64,000 nt of DNA, taken from Candidatus Bathyarchaeota archaeon. GTDB taxonomy: Archaea; Thermoproteota; Bathyarchaeia; 40CM-2-53-6; RBG-13-38-9. Each line of letters opens with the position of its first letter. The stretch's first letter is position 1. The notes beneath the pieces were generated by a model. It saw only the letters and a list, made by a program, of their open reading frames with translations. It ran no database searches and was not told the DNA's origin. This document shows, piece by piece, positions 10,412 to 20,791 of the stretch. The DNA lies in the NCBI GenBank assembly GCA_963807605.1, contig CAWECG010000003.1, positions 416,001 to 480,000 on the forward strand. The letters are read 5' to 3'. Both the position numbers and the translations under genes were made by a program.

Positions 10412-12337
10412 ATGGGTGGACGAAAGAAAGCCCTGCTAGCATTCCTTATTTGCTTCCTTCTTGCTGCGCTACTTTTTCTAATGCGAGGAAATCCGACGGT
10501 TGGTGCAATCGTTGGTATAATAACACTGGCACCTACGATAGCATGGCTTTTAGGATTCGATCCTAGAGACTTATTCAAGAAACAAACTGGTCGATCAGAC
10601 GCCGAGATCATTGTGAAAGCACAGTTTAGAATGGGGCCATTAAAAGAGCTAACAGAGTCATACCGAGGGGCTGAGGCTATCAAATCTTATGAAGACGGGC
10701 ATTCAATTATTCTTCTCAATCGTTTATCCATCAAAAATGCGGCAATAATGTCTGCATTTCAGCTCATTCAAGAGGGGAGGTATGAGGAGGCCGACGCCAA
10801 AGTCACAACGGAACTCCTAAAGACTCAGGAGATCCTATCCAGCTCACTTCTACTTAGTCAAACGTATCTGATCAGAGCAGACACACTGTTACACAAGAAT
10901 TCCTACTTAGAGGCGGAGAGATACTACGGGTTATCTCACGAACTAGCTACTTCAATCGATAATGTTCCGTTGATGATTGCGTCGGATGATGGCTTGGCAG
11001 TTGCCAAAGGGAGACAAGGCAGAAATTCTGAAGCTCTAGAGATTGTTGAACGGATCCTGCAAGGCTATCCAGACCGCGCTAAAGCATGGTACAATAAAGG
11101 AGTAGCCCTCAGCATGCTAAATAGGAATGATGAAGCACTAGTTGCCTTCGATAAAGCGATTGAATTAGAACCAGACTATGTTGTTGCTTGGAGCAATAAA
11201 GGTACTATGCTCAGCTTACTCGGCAGAAATGACGAAGCCCTTGTTGCCTTCGAGGAGGCAATAAGACTGAAGCCTGATTTTTCCCGCGCGCTGTACAACA
11301 AAGCAGCCTCTCTTCGCAAGCTGGGAAAAGTCGATCAAGCCTTAACTGCGCTGAAAGAGGCTTCTAAAAGAAGCACAAGGGATAGTGATTCATTAAATCA
11401 TGAAGGTGCCATCCTCGGCGAATTCGGCAAACATAAGAAGGCCCTAGCTGTTTTGGAAGAAGCACTAAGGCTGAACCCTAAAAATTACGAGGCGTGGTAC
11501 AACAAGGGAGTTAGTCTGTATCGACTTGGCAAACATGAGCAGGCACTGGACGCATTCAATAAGGCAATAGGGCTAGACCCGAACCACAGGGATGCATGGT
11601 TTGACAAAGGGATAATTCTCAAGAATTCTGGAAAGTATGAACCCGCCATAGCGGCATTCGATGAGGTCACAAAAATTGATCCTAGATTTGGTGCGGCATG
11701 GTACAACAAAGGCTTAGTCCTCGGCATGCTTGATAGGGTGGGTCAAGCACTGGTTGCCTTTGAAGAATCCATAAAACTAGATCCAAGCAATGCTTTTGCA
11801 TGGTATAACAGGGCAATAGCTTTGCGTAAGCTCGGCAGATTAGAGCAAGCTCTAGATGCCCATGAACAAGCACTTAGGATCGAGCCTAAGCTTGCAGCGG
11901 CGTGGGATGACAAAGGAGTCATACTTTCCTCGCTCGGCAAGTACAAACAAGCCGTTTCTGCCTTTGAAGAAGCCCTGAAAATTGACCACAATAACGCGCA
12001 GCCATGGTATAATAAAGGACTTGCTGAATTGAGGCTCGGAAAGTTTCAAGACGCTGTGAATTCCCTTGGAGAGTCCCTTAGACTCAACCCTCGAATCATT
12101 CCTGCATGGAATGACAAAGGAGTCGCTCTGATTGAACTTGGTGACTTCGAGGAAGCTCTATCAGCTTTTGAGGAAGTTCTGAAACTCGATCCAAATCTCG
12201 TTGCAGCGTGGGTTAACAAGGCAAACGTTCTCCGCAAGCTCGGGAGATTAGAAGAAGCTGATAGGGCAGCTGATCGAGCACTGGCGATAGCGCGAGCTAC
12301 TAATGATAGAACCAACAACAAAAGAAGTTTCAGATAG
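10412..12337 (+). CDS. Membrane-anchored tetratricopeptide-repeat protein
   Basis: Two N-terminal TM helices; about 12 or more AWYNKG-type TPR repeats. Confidence 0.92.
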   Translation: MGGRKKALLAFLICFLLAALLFLMRGNPTVGAIVGIITLAPTIAWLLGFDPRDLFKKQTGRSDAEIIVKAQFRMGPLKELTESYRGAEAIKSYEDGHSIILLNRLSIKNAAIMSAFQLIQEGRYEEADAKVTTELLKTQEILSSSLLLSQTYLIRADTLLHKNSYLEAERYYGLSHELATSIDNVPLMIASDDGLAVAKGRQGRNSEALEIVERILQGYPDRAKAWYNKGVALSMLNRNDEALVAFDKAIELEPDYVVAWSNKGTMLSLLGRNDEALVAFEEAIRLKPDFSRALYNKAASLRKLGKVDQALTALKEASKRSTRDSDSLNHEGAILGEFGKHKKALAVLEEALRLNPKNYEAWYNKGVSLYRLGKHEQALDAFNKAIGLDPNHRDAWFDKGIILKNSGKYEPAIAAFDEVTKIDPRFGAAWYNKGLVLGMLDRVGQALVAFEESIKLDPSNAFAWYNRAIALRKLGRLEQALDAHEQALRIEPKLAAAWDDKGVILSSLGKYKQAVSAFEEALKIDHNNAQPWYNKGLAELRLGKFQDAVNSLGESLRLNPRIIPAWNDKGVALIELGDFEEALSAFEEVLKLDPNLVAAWVNKANVLRKLGRLEEADRAADRALAIARATNDRTNNKRSFR

Positions 12338-12385
12338 CATTAGAAAAATCAACACGAATGAGTCTATCGATATTAGAAGTAGGTA

Positions 12386-13144
12386 ATGATCTTGGATGAG
12401 CATGCGTTGGACAGACTGCAGGAGAAACTGAATCTGGGAAGGTTCGACAACACTTTTTTGATTGGAATTCCAGTAAGTTTCTTTCTGATAAGTGGATTCT
12501 ACACATGGCAGAAAGGGCTATTCGTCAGCCTCGGCTTACCTATGAATCCATATCCTTTCTGGATATACCCGACTGCTCTCATATGGATGGCGTCTGTCTG
12601 CTATTTATTTGCATACTTCCATGACAATCTAAAACTCAGGTTGTGGGTTTACAATTTCTATTATTATTTTATCGTCGTCAGCGCGATCCCCTTTGGCTAC
12701 GCACTGTTCTTGAAACTGAATGGTTTATTTTACGCAAGTCTAAAAGAGTTTATGTTTCTCGCATATGCGTACAATTATGTCTTTTTCTTAGTGGGGGGAA
12801 TCTATGTTTATAGAATTCTTGGAGACTACTCATACTCCGCCTTAATTAGATGGTTGAAGACAAATGCTCCAATGCGCTCAAAAGAGATAGAAGTTGATTC
12901 TAAGACGTTTTTGCTACTCTGGCCGTATCGGTCGGTGAACATCAGAAGATCCATAGAGGTTTTTGCATTTTTGACTATCCCTGAATCAATGTTCATAATC
13001 TTCAGCCTGTACGTTATGAGGACAGAAAACAAAAATGCAGCGGTTGCTTTATGGTTCTTTCCGTCATTCTACATGCTCTTTTTGATTGTGATTCATTTGA
13101 TTCTTCGCTATGGAATCCCTCCAACTCGTCATGAGAGCAAATAG
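12386..13144 (+). CDS. Multi-pass membrane protein
   Basis: About 6 hydrophobic segments. Confidence 0.7.
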   Translation: MILDEHALDRLQEKLNLGRFDNTFLIGIPVSFFLISGFYTWQKGLFVSLGLPMNPYPFWIYPTALIWMASVCYLFAYFHDNLKLRLWVYNFYYYFIVVSAIPFGYALFLKLNGLFYASLKEFMFLAYAYNYVFFLVGGIYVYRILGDYSYSALIRWLKTNAPMRSKEIEVDSKTFLLLWPYRSVNIRRSIEVFAFLTIPESMFIIFSLYVMRTENKNAAVALWFFPSFYMLFLIVIHLILRYGIPPTRHESK

Positions 13145-13155
13145 ACTACAGGAGA

Positions 13156-13185
13156 GTCGTCGTCGCTCACCAGCTATGGTGTAAA
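13156..13185 (+). repeat. CTCACCAGCTA site (core 13166-13176)
   Basis: GTCGTCGTCG-CTCACCAGCTA-TGG, ~20 bp after a stop codon. Confidence 0.85.
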
Positions 13186-13347
13186 TTCCCATGGCAAATT
13201 GTTAAAGCATCATATCATAATCTAATGTGGAGAGCTTGAGATGACAGGCTCGACTTCTGTTATCGTCGTAGATTCGAAGCCACACATGAGAGCATGACTA
13301 GGTGGCTAATTACGCGCACGTAAATCGATCTCAGAGAATGGATTCTG

Positions 13348-13905
13348 ATGGAAGACGAACAGGTGAAAGAACTAGTCTGCTATCAATGCGATCCAAAGGG
13401 CGTAAATCGGAAGATAGTGAAAGTTGAGCAAAACGAAGGCGATAAGATTCGCTACCTAGAATGCGGCCACAAGTCACGAATGTTCTTCCGTACCCTGTCT
13501 GATCGCGTAACTGTATCAGATTCATTTTTCACATCTCTAATCATCAACCCGCTCCCAGAGATTGAGCAGTCGCTCAAGAATCAGGATTACTTTAGGGCTG
13601 TAGCGTATCTTGCAGCAATGCTCGAATACTACGGAAAAGTTTCCATTGATGCGACACTCAGAGCACAAAATAGGAACATAGATAGTGATCGCCTCGACAG
13701 GTTTGGTTTGGAAGAAGTAGCGATTCTTCTCTACAGCTTTGATATAATCGACCAGCCTTGCTATTCGGCGGTCCTCAGACTTAGCAAGCTTCGCAATAGG
13801 CTTCTACACATCAAGGACATGGCTGAATTTCGGACAACTCTGGGAGTTGAAGCTGAGACAGCTGTAAAGAAAGGAATGGAATGTATTCGTGTTTTAATGA
13901 AGTGA
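13348..13905 (+). CDS. Zn-ribbon + HEPN-like protein
   Basis: CYQC..CGH; C-terminal RNRLLH (RxxxxH). Confidence 0.6.
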   Translation: MEDEQVKELVCYQCDPKGVNRKIVKVEQNEGDKIRYLECGHKSRMFFRTLSDRVTVSDSFFTSLIINPLPEIEQSLKNQDYFRAVAYLAAMLEYYGKVSIDATLRAQNRNIDSDRLDRFGLEEVAILLYSFDIIDQPCYSAVLRLSKLRNRLLHIKDMAEFRTTLGVEAETAVKKGMECIRVLMK

Positions 13906-13958
13906 AATCAGAGTTCTAGGATGATCAAGAACTTTTATAGAGAGATCTTAGGGTTTTC

Positions 13959-14012
13959 GTCTTCGTCGCTCACCAGCTATGGCACACACACAATCAATAC
14001 CAAGCGGTTCAA
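13959..14012 (+). repeat. CTCACCAGCTA site (core 13969-13979) with GCACACAC arm and CGGTTCAA accessory motif
   Basis: Tail CAATCAATACCAAGCGGTTCAA matches the reverse complement of 41475-41496. Confidence 0.88.
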
Positions 14013-14064
14013 CATTAACACAAATTACATAAGTTCATTGACGGAACCCATGTAAAGACGCGGT

Positions 14065-14799
14065 ATGATGAAGAGATATCCCCTCGCTGTTTCTGTCAAA
14101 CAGGTGATAGCGCGTATACAGATGCTTTTGGAACAATTTGAATCACCATTCAAGGCATCAGATCTTTATAAAATCAGAAGAGGAGTTATCACAACGAATA
14201 AGGACGAATCCATAGACTATGAAGCTGCTATCACATACCTAGATAAAACAAATCAGGTAAGAATACTCGAGAAGAAGGAACCCTTTGACGAGACCGTATT
14301 CGAACCTACAATAGACTTTGGTGTTTCAAGACCTACACTTCCGGTCGCATTGCCGACGGCTGCCAAAGGAAAAATAGCGTCTGATGCTGGGATGATGCTA
14401 GAAGCATACGCGGCTCTTTATGTTCTTGAGAACACACTCCGAGATTTTATTGAAGAAAGATTAAAGCAATCGTTTCAATCAGATTGGTGGCAAAAGGGGA
14501 TACCTGCAGCCGTCAACAAAAAAGTGGTTCAAAGAAAAGCAGACATACGGACAAGATGGCACCACATTGCAGTAGGTTCGCCTCTTATGATGACTGATTT
14601 TAATGATCTCGCCGGCATAATTAGTGTCAACTGGGTTGCCTTCAAGGAAACTATGGGTGATTTGGAACGGGTTAAGTCTGTTTTGGCTGAACTTGAAGTC
14701 CCCAGAAACATAGTTGCACACTGCAATCCGCTTGCTCCAGATGAGAAGACAAGACTCCTGCAAAACGTTCGGATTGTCATGAAATTGAGCGGTAGATAA
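14065..14799 (+). CDS. Swt1-like HEPN domain protein
   Basis: LENTLRDFI..DWW..DFNDL..RNIVAHCN. Confidence 0.8.
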   Translation: MMKRYPLAVSVKQVIARIQMLLEQFESPFKASDLYKIRRGVITTNKDESIDYEAAITYLDKTNQVRILEKKEPFDETVFEPTIDFGVSRPTLPVALPTAAKGKIASDAGMMLEAYAALYVLENTLRDFIEERLKQSFQSDWWQKGIPAAVNKKVVQRKADIRTRWHHIAVGSPLMMTDFNDLAGIISVNWVAFKETMGDLERVKSVLAELEVPRNIVAHCNPLAPDEKTRLLQNVRIVMKLSGR

Positions 14800-14834
14800 A
14801 CAGTTTTGCTGACGTAGCAAGCCTATCCATTTTG

Positions 14835-14875
14835 GTGGTGGTGCTCACCAGCTATGACCGACGACGACACACACA
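14835..14875 (+). repeat. CTCACCAGCTA site (core 14844-14854)
   Basis: GTGGTGGTG-CTCACCAGCTA-TGACCGACGAC, ~45 bp after a stop codon. Confidence 0.85.
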
Positions 14876-15674
14876 ACCGTGGAGCATCCGGAAACGCTGA
14901 CATCATAACTACCGTGTAGCATACTGACGGAGCCAAGATCGAGATAGACTGGATTCTAGTCCGTAAGTTTGTTGATCCAGAACCCACTCACGGAAGCTGG
15001 GGAAGCGAAGAAGAACTATACAACTCTTCCCAGCAAGCCTAGCTTCTCAGCAGCTCTACACCTACTAGCGGAGGTTCTATGATTCAAGATAAAACTTGTC
15101 GTCTACTATGAGAACCATACCTCTCGGCCTTCCAGCATTGAGCTCATGTATCCTTGAAAAGTGGCGCCGCTGAGGCTAACTCTGCATGGGATGCAGAGCT
15201 CACAGTAGTCAACCCAGATGATGATATTGGAGAAACCTTTCAGGAAAGTCGAGAAAAAGGGAACAAAGAACGGCGGCACGAACACGGAATCATCGCGACA
15301 GCATCCTGGGGTGGACCTCTAGTCTTGAAAACCCTGTCATGCCCTGTTCCTTGAAATCTCCACATCCGTTGGTTGATGATCTCTACGTACAAAGACTTCC
15401 AGAGTGGTCATTGCAGAGCGTGATTACTCGATCAAGACGACGAGAATTCGAGGGCAAAAATCGCTTGAAAGCAGTTCTCATACATGCTGTTTCATATCAT
15501 TCGAGATGGCTACCTCAACTGTGAATGTCGTTCACCGAAAAACCGCTTCCGGGGCAGTCTTCCTAAACAGATTCCACGCATACTGGATCTGAAGACTTTT
15601 AAACAAAACGTAGCAATCTCGTTCGAGGATTCTCGACTAGTTTGGCACACTTCTCCGAGGGTTGAGGCACATAG

Positions 15675-15962
15675 ATGGCCTTAAACATTAGGGAAAAGGG
15701 TAGAGAGGCCTTGAATGAGCTTCTTGAGTTCGGTCTTTTTGTTCTCGTAGATACAGGGGCGTTGCTTATGATAGTCATGGCCCTTTGGATAGGCGAAGTG
15801 GCGGTGAGTTATCGCTATACTGAGACGTATCTAGTCTTTGAAGTGCTTCACCAAGCTTCATACGTGGGGCTCTTTCTCCCTTATTGTGCTTTGCTAGTAT
15901 TCGATGCCTACAAGTTTCTAATCCTCAGGAAGAGGAGATTGGCCCGTGAAGTTTGGACTTAG
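15675..15962 (+). CDS. Small two-TM membrane protein
   Basis: Hydrophobic ORF overlapping the start of the TyrRS paralog. Confidence 0.6.
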   Translation: MALNIREKGREALNELLEFGLFVLVDTGALLMIVMALWIGEVAVSYRYTETYLVFEVLHQASYVGLFLPYCALLVFDAYKFLILRKRRLAREVWT

Positions 15963-17280
15963 GTCTTGGTCGACAATAGGAAAACTATTCAGCCGCAGGC
16001 AGTTAGCGTTCGTAGTCGTAGTCATAGGTCTGTATTTTCTCAGTGTTTCCATACTTTCCGTGCTAAAAGGAATAGTGTCGTTGACAGAATTTCTGTTGTT
16101 TCTTTCAGCATCAACTATCCTGATTCTGCTTGGAATACATGTCGGAAGGCATGAGAAATACAAATCTGCAATACGCGTTCCAGAATCGGATGTTAGGAAT
16201 AGGTTAGATCTCGTAACCAGAAATACTGAAGAGATCATAACTCAAGATGAACTAAGGAGTCTACTTGCTGTCAAGAAATGCCCTAAAGCATACTGGGGTT
16301 TTGAAGGTAAGAGCTTGATGCATCTAGGAATGGGACTCGTATGTGGAGGAAAGATCAAGGACTTGATAAGAGCTGGATTTGAGGTTACAATTTTTCTTGC
16401 CGATGTTCATTCTTGGATTAGCAATAAGTACCAAGGAGATATGAAAAAAATAAGAGCCTGCATCGAATACTTTGAGCATTGCTTCACCAGCCTTGGAATT
16501 TCGCCTCATGAAGTCAAGTATTTATGGACATCTGATTTAGCCAAAGACCCAAGTTACTGGAAGAGAGTCATAGAGGTAGGGAAAAACGCCTCTATTCGCA
16601 GAATACTGAGAGCGTTGCCAATAATGGATAGACAACTGGGGCAAGAAGACGTTGATGCAGCGGACGTATCGTATGTTTGCATGCAGGTAGCAGATGTATT
16701 CGAGGTGGGCGCGGATGTTGCATGTGGCGGATTGGATCAGAGAAAGGCTCACATGTTAGCCAGAGACATCGCTGATAAACTGAATTGGAGAAAACCAATC
16801 GCTCTACACGTACCTCTACTATTATCCTTAGATGAACCCAGACAATTCGGTGAAGTTTATGATGAAGACGAAAAAATAAGCAGACGTATAATGAACAAAA
16901 TGTCAAAAGAATCTCATGGAGGCATAATCTACATACATGATTCTCCTGAAGAAATAAGGAACAAGGTCCTTAACGCATACTGTCCGCCCAAGAAACTTGA
17001 GGACAATCCAGTAGTAGAAATAGTCAGACTTATCATATTCCCTGAAAGATCTACGTTTGAAGTAAAAAGACTGGACAAATATGGCGGAAACGTGATCTTG
17101 ACCAGCTTCGAGGAATTTGCAGAACTCTATCGTAACGGAAAAATTCATCCAATGGACCTCAAGAACAGTGTGGCAGAAAGTCTCACAGCAATGCTAAAGG
17201 GAGTCCGGGAATATTTTGAAAGAAACCCAGAGCCTCTGCTGACTATGCGAGAAGTTGAGGGACAACAGCAGGCGTCGTAA
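15946..17280 (+). CDS. Tyrosyl-tRNA synthetase paralog with N-terminal transmembrane helices
   Basis: AYWGFE..HLGM, FLADVH, YVCMQVAD, GGLDQRKAH, KMSKE, AYCPP, IHPMDLK; extra ~80-aa N-terminus with two TM segments. Confidence 0.88.
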   Translation: MKFGLRSWSTIGKLFSRRQLAFVVVVIGLYFLSVSILSVLKGIVSLTEFLLFLSASTILILLGIHVGRHEKYKSAIRVPESDVRNRLDLVTRNTEEIITQDELRSLLAVKKCPKAYWGFEGKSLMHLGMGLVCGGKIKDLIRAGFEVTIFLADVHSWISNKYQGDMKKIRACIEYFEHCFTSLGISPHEVKYLWTSDLAKDPSYWKRVIEVGKNASIRRILRALPIMDRQLGQEDVDAADVSYVCMQVADVFEVGADVACGGLDQRKAHMLARDIADKLNWRKPIALHVPLLLSLDEPRQFGEVYDEDEKISRRIMNKMSKESHGGIIYIHDSPEEIRNKVLNAYCPPKKLEDNPVVEIVRLIIFPERSTFEVKRLDKYGGNVILTSFEEFAELYRNGKIHPMDLKNSVAESLTAMLKGVREYFERNPEPLLTMREVEGQQQAS

Positions 17281-17464
17281 CGTTACAGCACCTAGAACAT
17301 CCTTCTCCAACGTCAACACCTTCTTCAGCGGATGATCCTCTGGAAGCTGCAGTGCATACCCTTTCAGCATCTACATATTTCATAAGAAGTCTGTAAGGGA
17401 GAGTATAAACGGGTGAGAGCTCTAAAGAAGTAGTACACCAAAACGGAAGCGGAGTCGTCTCCCA

Positions 17465-18781
17465 TTGAGTAATAAGAAAGCGGATCCTCCCTTCTTTCAC
17501 GTGGATCCGGAGTACAGCTCAATTCTTCCACCTCTTTCGGAACCCGAATGTGAGGCCCTGAAGCGATCAATAAGGGAAGATGGGATGCTCTTCCCAATCA
17601 TCGCAAACAAACATGGAATAGTGCTGGATGGGCATAACCGGCTGAAGGTTTGTCGTGAACTCGGAATAAAGCCGCGGTTCGAGGTAAGAGATTTCTCCAA
17701 CGACCGGCTCCAAGAGAAGAAATTCGTAATCGTTTCAAACCTCAGGAGACATCACCTGAACGATTTCCAGAAGATCGAGCTCTCCCAACCGCTTCTGAGC
17801 ATGCAGCGTCTTCTTGCCAAGCAAAGAAAGATTCGTGCAGGAAGATCGTTCGGGAGGGGAAGAAAGGGTAGGTTGCTGCCAAATGGCAGTAAGCTATCGC
17901 AGGGGGAGGCTGTGGAGAAAGTAGCTCGTGAAATAGGCGTCTCCCCGAGAACTTACTACCGCGCTCTCTCCATCATTGAAAAGAAGCCTGAGGAGGTCAA
18001 GCACAAACTGAGAGAGGGGAAGATTGAAATCAATACAGCTTACGCAAATCTCCAATCTGAAGAAAGGCGAAAGGAGCTCATAGCTCTCTCAAACAAGCCG
18101 CTGCCCAAGCTTGTCAAGATCTTGTGCGGCGATTACAGAAAGCTCTGGCCCAATCATATCAAGGAGGGTACAGCTGACATCATCTTCACGGATCCACAGT
18201 ATGGCATGAGTCTAGGAAAGAAGAAAGCAGGATGCTCCAGTAGTCTGGAAGCCCTCACACGACTGTGGGACGATCTGGGCGAGTTCTCGAATAAGGTTCT
18301 GAAAGAAGGGGGATATCTTTTTGCATACACGGGGCAGGAGTATTCCCATCTCGCTGAAACACGCTTGAGGACGCACCTCTGTCAGTATTGGAGGATAACT
18401 ATTGCATACGAATCAAACCAGTCCCAGCTATTTCACAAAAAGATCAGGAACCGCTGCAAGCAAATCCTAGTCTTCGCAAAGGGAAAGGGTCGTGAACACG
18501 AGTGGATATTTGACATGCTGCACGGCGGAGGAAAAGGTGACAAGCAAGCCCACGAGTGGGCGCAGCCGGAGACGGAGGCACTCTATCTGATCCAGAAGTT
18601 CACCAAGCCCAACGAACTTGTTGTTGACCCAATGTGTGGTAGCGCTTCCGTACTCAAGGCCGCAGTTCGTCTGCGCCGCAAAACGGTAGGATTTGAGATC
18701 AACAAGGAGACATACAGGATAGGACTGGGAAGACTGAGCGAAGTGGTCTGGAAGGGCAAAGAAGGGGCCCCCTTTTTGTGA
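17465..18781 (+). CDS. ParB/Srx N-terminal + DNA N6/N4-methyltransferase fusion
   Basis: VLDGHNRL (ParB), HTH, IFTDPQY (DPPY-like), DPMCGS. Confidence 0.85.
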   Translation: MSNKKADPPFFHVDPEYSSILPPLSEPECEALKRSIREDGMLFPIIANKHGIVLDGHNRLKVCRELGIKPRFEVRDFSNDRLQEKKFVIVSNLRRHHLNDFQKIELSQPLLSMQRLLAKQRKIRAGRSFGRGRKGRLLPNGSKLSQGEAVEKVAREIGVSPRTYYRALSIIEKKPEEVKHKLREGKIEINTAYANLQSEERRKELIALSNKPLPKLVKILCGDYRKLWPNHIKEGTADIIFTDPQYGMSLGKKKAGCSSSLEALTRLWDDLGEFSNKVLKEGGYLFAYTGQEYSHLAETRLRTHLCQYWRITIAYESNQSQLFHKKIRNRCKQILVFAKGKGREHEWIFDMLHGGGKGDKQAHEWAQPETEALYLIQKFTKPNELVVDPMCGSASVLKAAVRLRRKTVGFEINKETYRIGLGRLSEVVWKGKEGAPFL

Positions 18782-19005
18782 CCTCCCCTCGAACATATCT
18801 GCTCCACACCTTACGGGCATAACTGGGGGTGGAACCTGTCATTTCGGCTATTTCCCTGTGTGAGAGGGTGGGATTATTGAGTTTTATACCTACTATAGCA
18901 TCTTTTTGGGGGTGAAAAGGAGTTTCCTCCCTTTTCTTTTAGCCTTGACCACATCTATTCACCATGGTATGGACGTGTGACCTCAAAATGTGACCTTTTT
19001 GAACA
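18749..19005 (+). repeat. Long diverged inverted repeat, left copy
   Basis: Aligns by eye with the reverse complement of ~22600-22870; 28-bp perfect core 18834-18861 / 22757-22784. Confidence 0.85.
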
Positions 19006-19006
19006 T

Positions 19007-19040
19007 TTGACACTCCCCTGTCTAAAGGCGGAGTGATCCT
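19007..19040 (-). mobile_element. IS200/IS605-type right-end hairpin remnant
   Basis: Minus strand CACTCCGCCTTTAGACAGGGGAGTG-TCAA. Confidence 0.55.
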
Positions 19041-19202
19041 AGCTTTGTTGCGAATCCTTGTAAGTCCGAGTTTTGGGCTCTTCCTGAGGGTAGGACAATC
19101 TTACGAAAAACTTTTTTACAATATTGGGTAGCCCAAGCTCTTGTAGTCTCTCTAATCTATCTGTTATTATCTGTTCATTCTCCTGTATTACCCCGAAACA
19201 AA

Positions 19203-19494
19203 TACTACCGGCGGGATAGCATGATGATGTTGAAAACCCAGGAACTGGCGAATTTCATTCTCGGAAAAAAAACAAATCGATTTTGACAAACCTGTTCCGG
19301 ACTTGGTCAGAGAAGATAGCAGAGAAACACGTGAGATGATACTGTCCTTATCGATTTCGGAAGCTAGGAAGGTTGGCATCAGGAAGAGCACTCTTTGGTA
19401 CTTGAAGAAACGTGCCAGGGAAAAGAAACCCCTTAGGACGCTAAGCGTTTACACCTATAGAAACCCAAGAACCGAATTTTCCGACAGCCTATAA
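19203..19494 (+). pseudogene. cas1: C-terminal remnant of casposon-type Cas1 (casposase)
   Basis: LKTQELANFILGK/fs/QIDFDKPVPDLVREDSRETREMILSLSISEARKVGIRKSTLWYLK resembles the HTH-bearing C-terminus of casposases; frameshift in a poly-A run. Confidence 0.7.
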
Positions 19495-19870
19495 CATGAT
19501 TGATGAGATAGAGAAGTATGTTGTATCATGGAAAAGGTATGCAGCTTACAAGAACGTCTGCGAAGAGACACTTGCAGTCAAGAGCACAAGCAAAGCGCTT
19601 CTAATAGGAGATCAGGTGGACAAATCGTTGATCAAGGGGAGTACTCTGCCCCCGCTTCTGGCTCTGCCTGATCCGGAGGAGGTGGAAACGCTAACTATGT
19701 GACCATCAACTGAAGAGACCTCATTGCAATGACCCTTTCCATGCCGTCGTGCTTCCAGCACATGTAAGAATCCTCTTAGCTTGCGTTGCTATTTGCAGCG
19801 CTATGGCACGTGTTTAAATAGTTCTCCTTTCTGAGGACAAGTCTTTAATGAGAGCCTCTCCAATACTCAA

Positions 19871-20791
19871 ATGCGTGTGCGTCGACAGACAACTGTTTAT
19901 AGAAAGGAAAGTGATTTTGTGAAGGAAATTGACTCGGGGCCTCCTTCACGAATCTGGCTCCCCATCTATTGTTTAGATAAGCTGAAAGAGATTATTACGG
20001 CCACAAAGTTCCAAAAATTGATATTTCTAATCCAGACCGAAGGGAAGACCAAGAGCTGGTTTGATTATCACTGGCATCACTTCGGCCCTTACTCTCAAGA
20101 TCTTAGAAATGACCTTTCTGCCCTATGCAGTCAAGACTTGATAAACATAGAACCAATGACAACTACAAAGGGCTTCGAGACAAATAGATACTCGATACTT
20201 GCACAAGGGCAGTCACTTCTTGAAACCATGGTTCTAGAACCAGAGATCAGAGATGATTTGCGCCGAGTCGACAAGATAATAGACAAGTATGGTAGACTGA
20301 ACTACCAAGAGATCTTGGAGATAGTATACGCTCGATATGACCTTGACTTGAATGAGCTAACAAAGAAACTGGAAGCGAACCTCTGGTCACTGAACAAGAA
20401 CTGGCTACAGCTCTACAAAATGAAATCAGACTGCATATACTGCACCTATGCCTTAGCGATGATTGAATACTCAGAAACGATACTAGATAAGATCTTGAAC
20501 AAGAGTATAGACAAACTCACGAGACAGATCTGTCTCAGAACCATCAATGACATGATTAACCATCTAGGCGAAGTCACCTCTGTCTGCTCTAACTTCAAGA
20601 CTTGCCCCTTCGACTGCAAACCGCAAGCCAAAGAATGCATCGAATACTTCGAATTTCTCCAGAAATACTGTCAGGACAAACAGATCTATCCAGCCGTGGA
20701 AGATCTGAAGCTTTCCGACATCATGGCTCCAGAGCAAATCGACAAAATGCTTGAGGATTTCCAGCAGCAAGTGACCTCGATCGTGAATTGA
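19871..20791 (+). CDS. Panacea/SocA-like (DUF4065/YwgA-type) antitoxin with C-terminal extension
   Basis: TKFQKLIFL..FDY...FGPYSQDL. Confidence 0.7.
   Translation: MRVRRQTTVYRKESDFVKEIDSGPPSRIWLPIYCLDKLKEIITATKFQKLIFLIQTEGKTKSWFDYHWHHFGPYSQDLRNDLSALCSQDLINIEPMTTTKGFETNRYSILAQGQSLLETMVLEPEIRDDLRRVDKIIDKYGRLNYQEILEIVYARYDLDLNELTKKLEANLWSLNKNWLQLYKMKSDCIYCTYALAMIEYSETILDKILNKSIDKLTRQICLRTINDMINHLGEVTSVCSNFKTCPFDCKPQAKECIEYFEFLQKYCQDKQIYPAVEDLKLSDIMAPEQIDKMLEDFQQQVTSIVN

Noticed and set aside
11080-12260. ~102-bp DNA periodicity and antisense ORFs
   Set aside because: Explained by 34-aa TPR repeats; antisense ORFs are shadows.
14900-15670. Short ORFs 15154-15684 (also 19496-19702 and 22258-22590)
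   Set aside because: No recognisable homology; probably gene debris.
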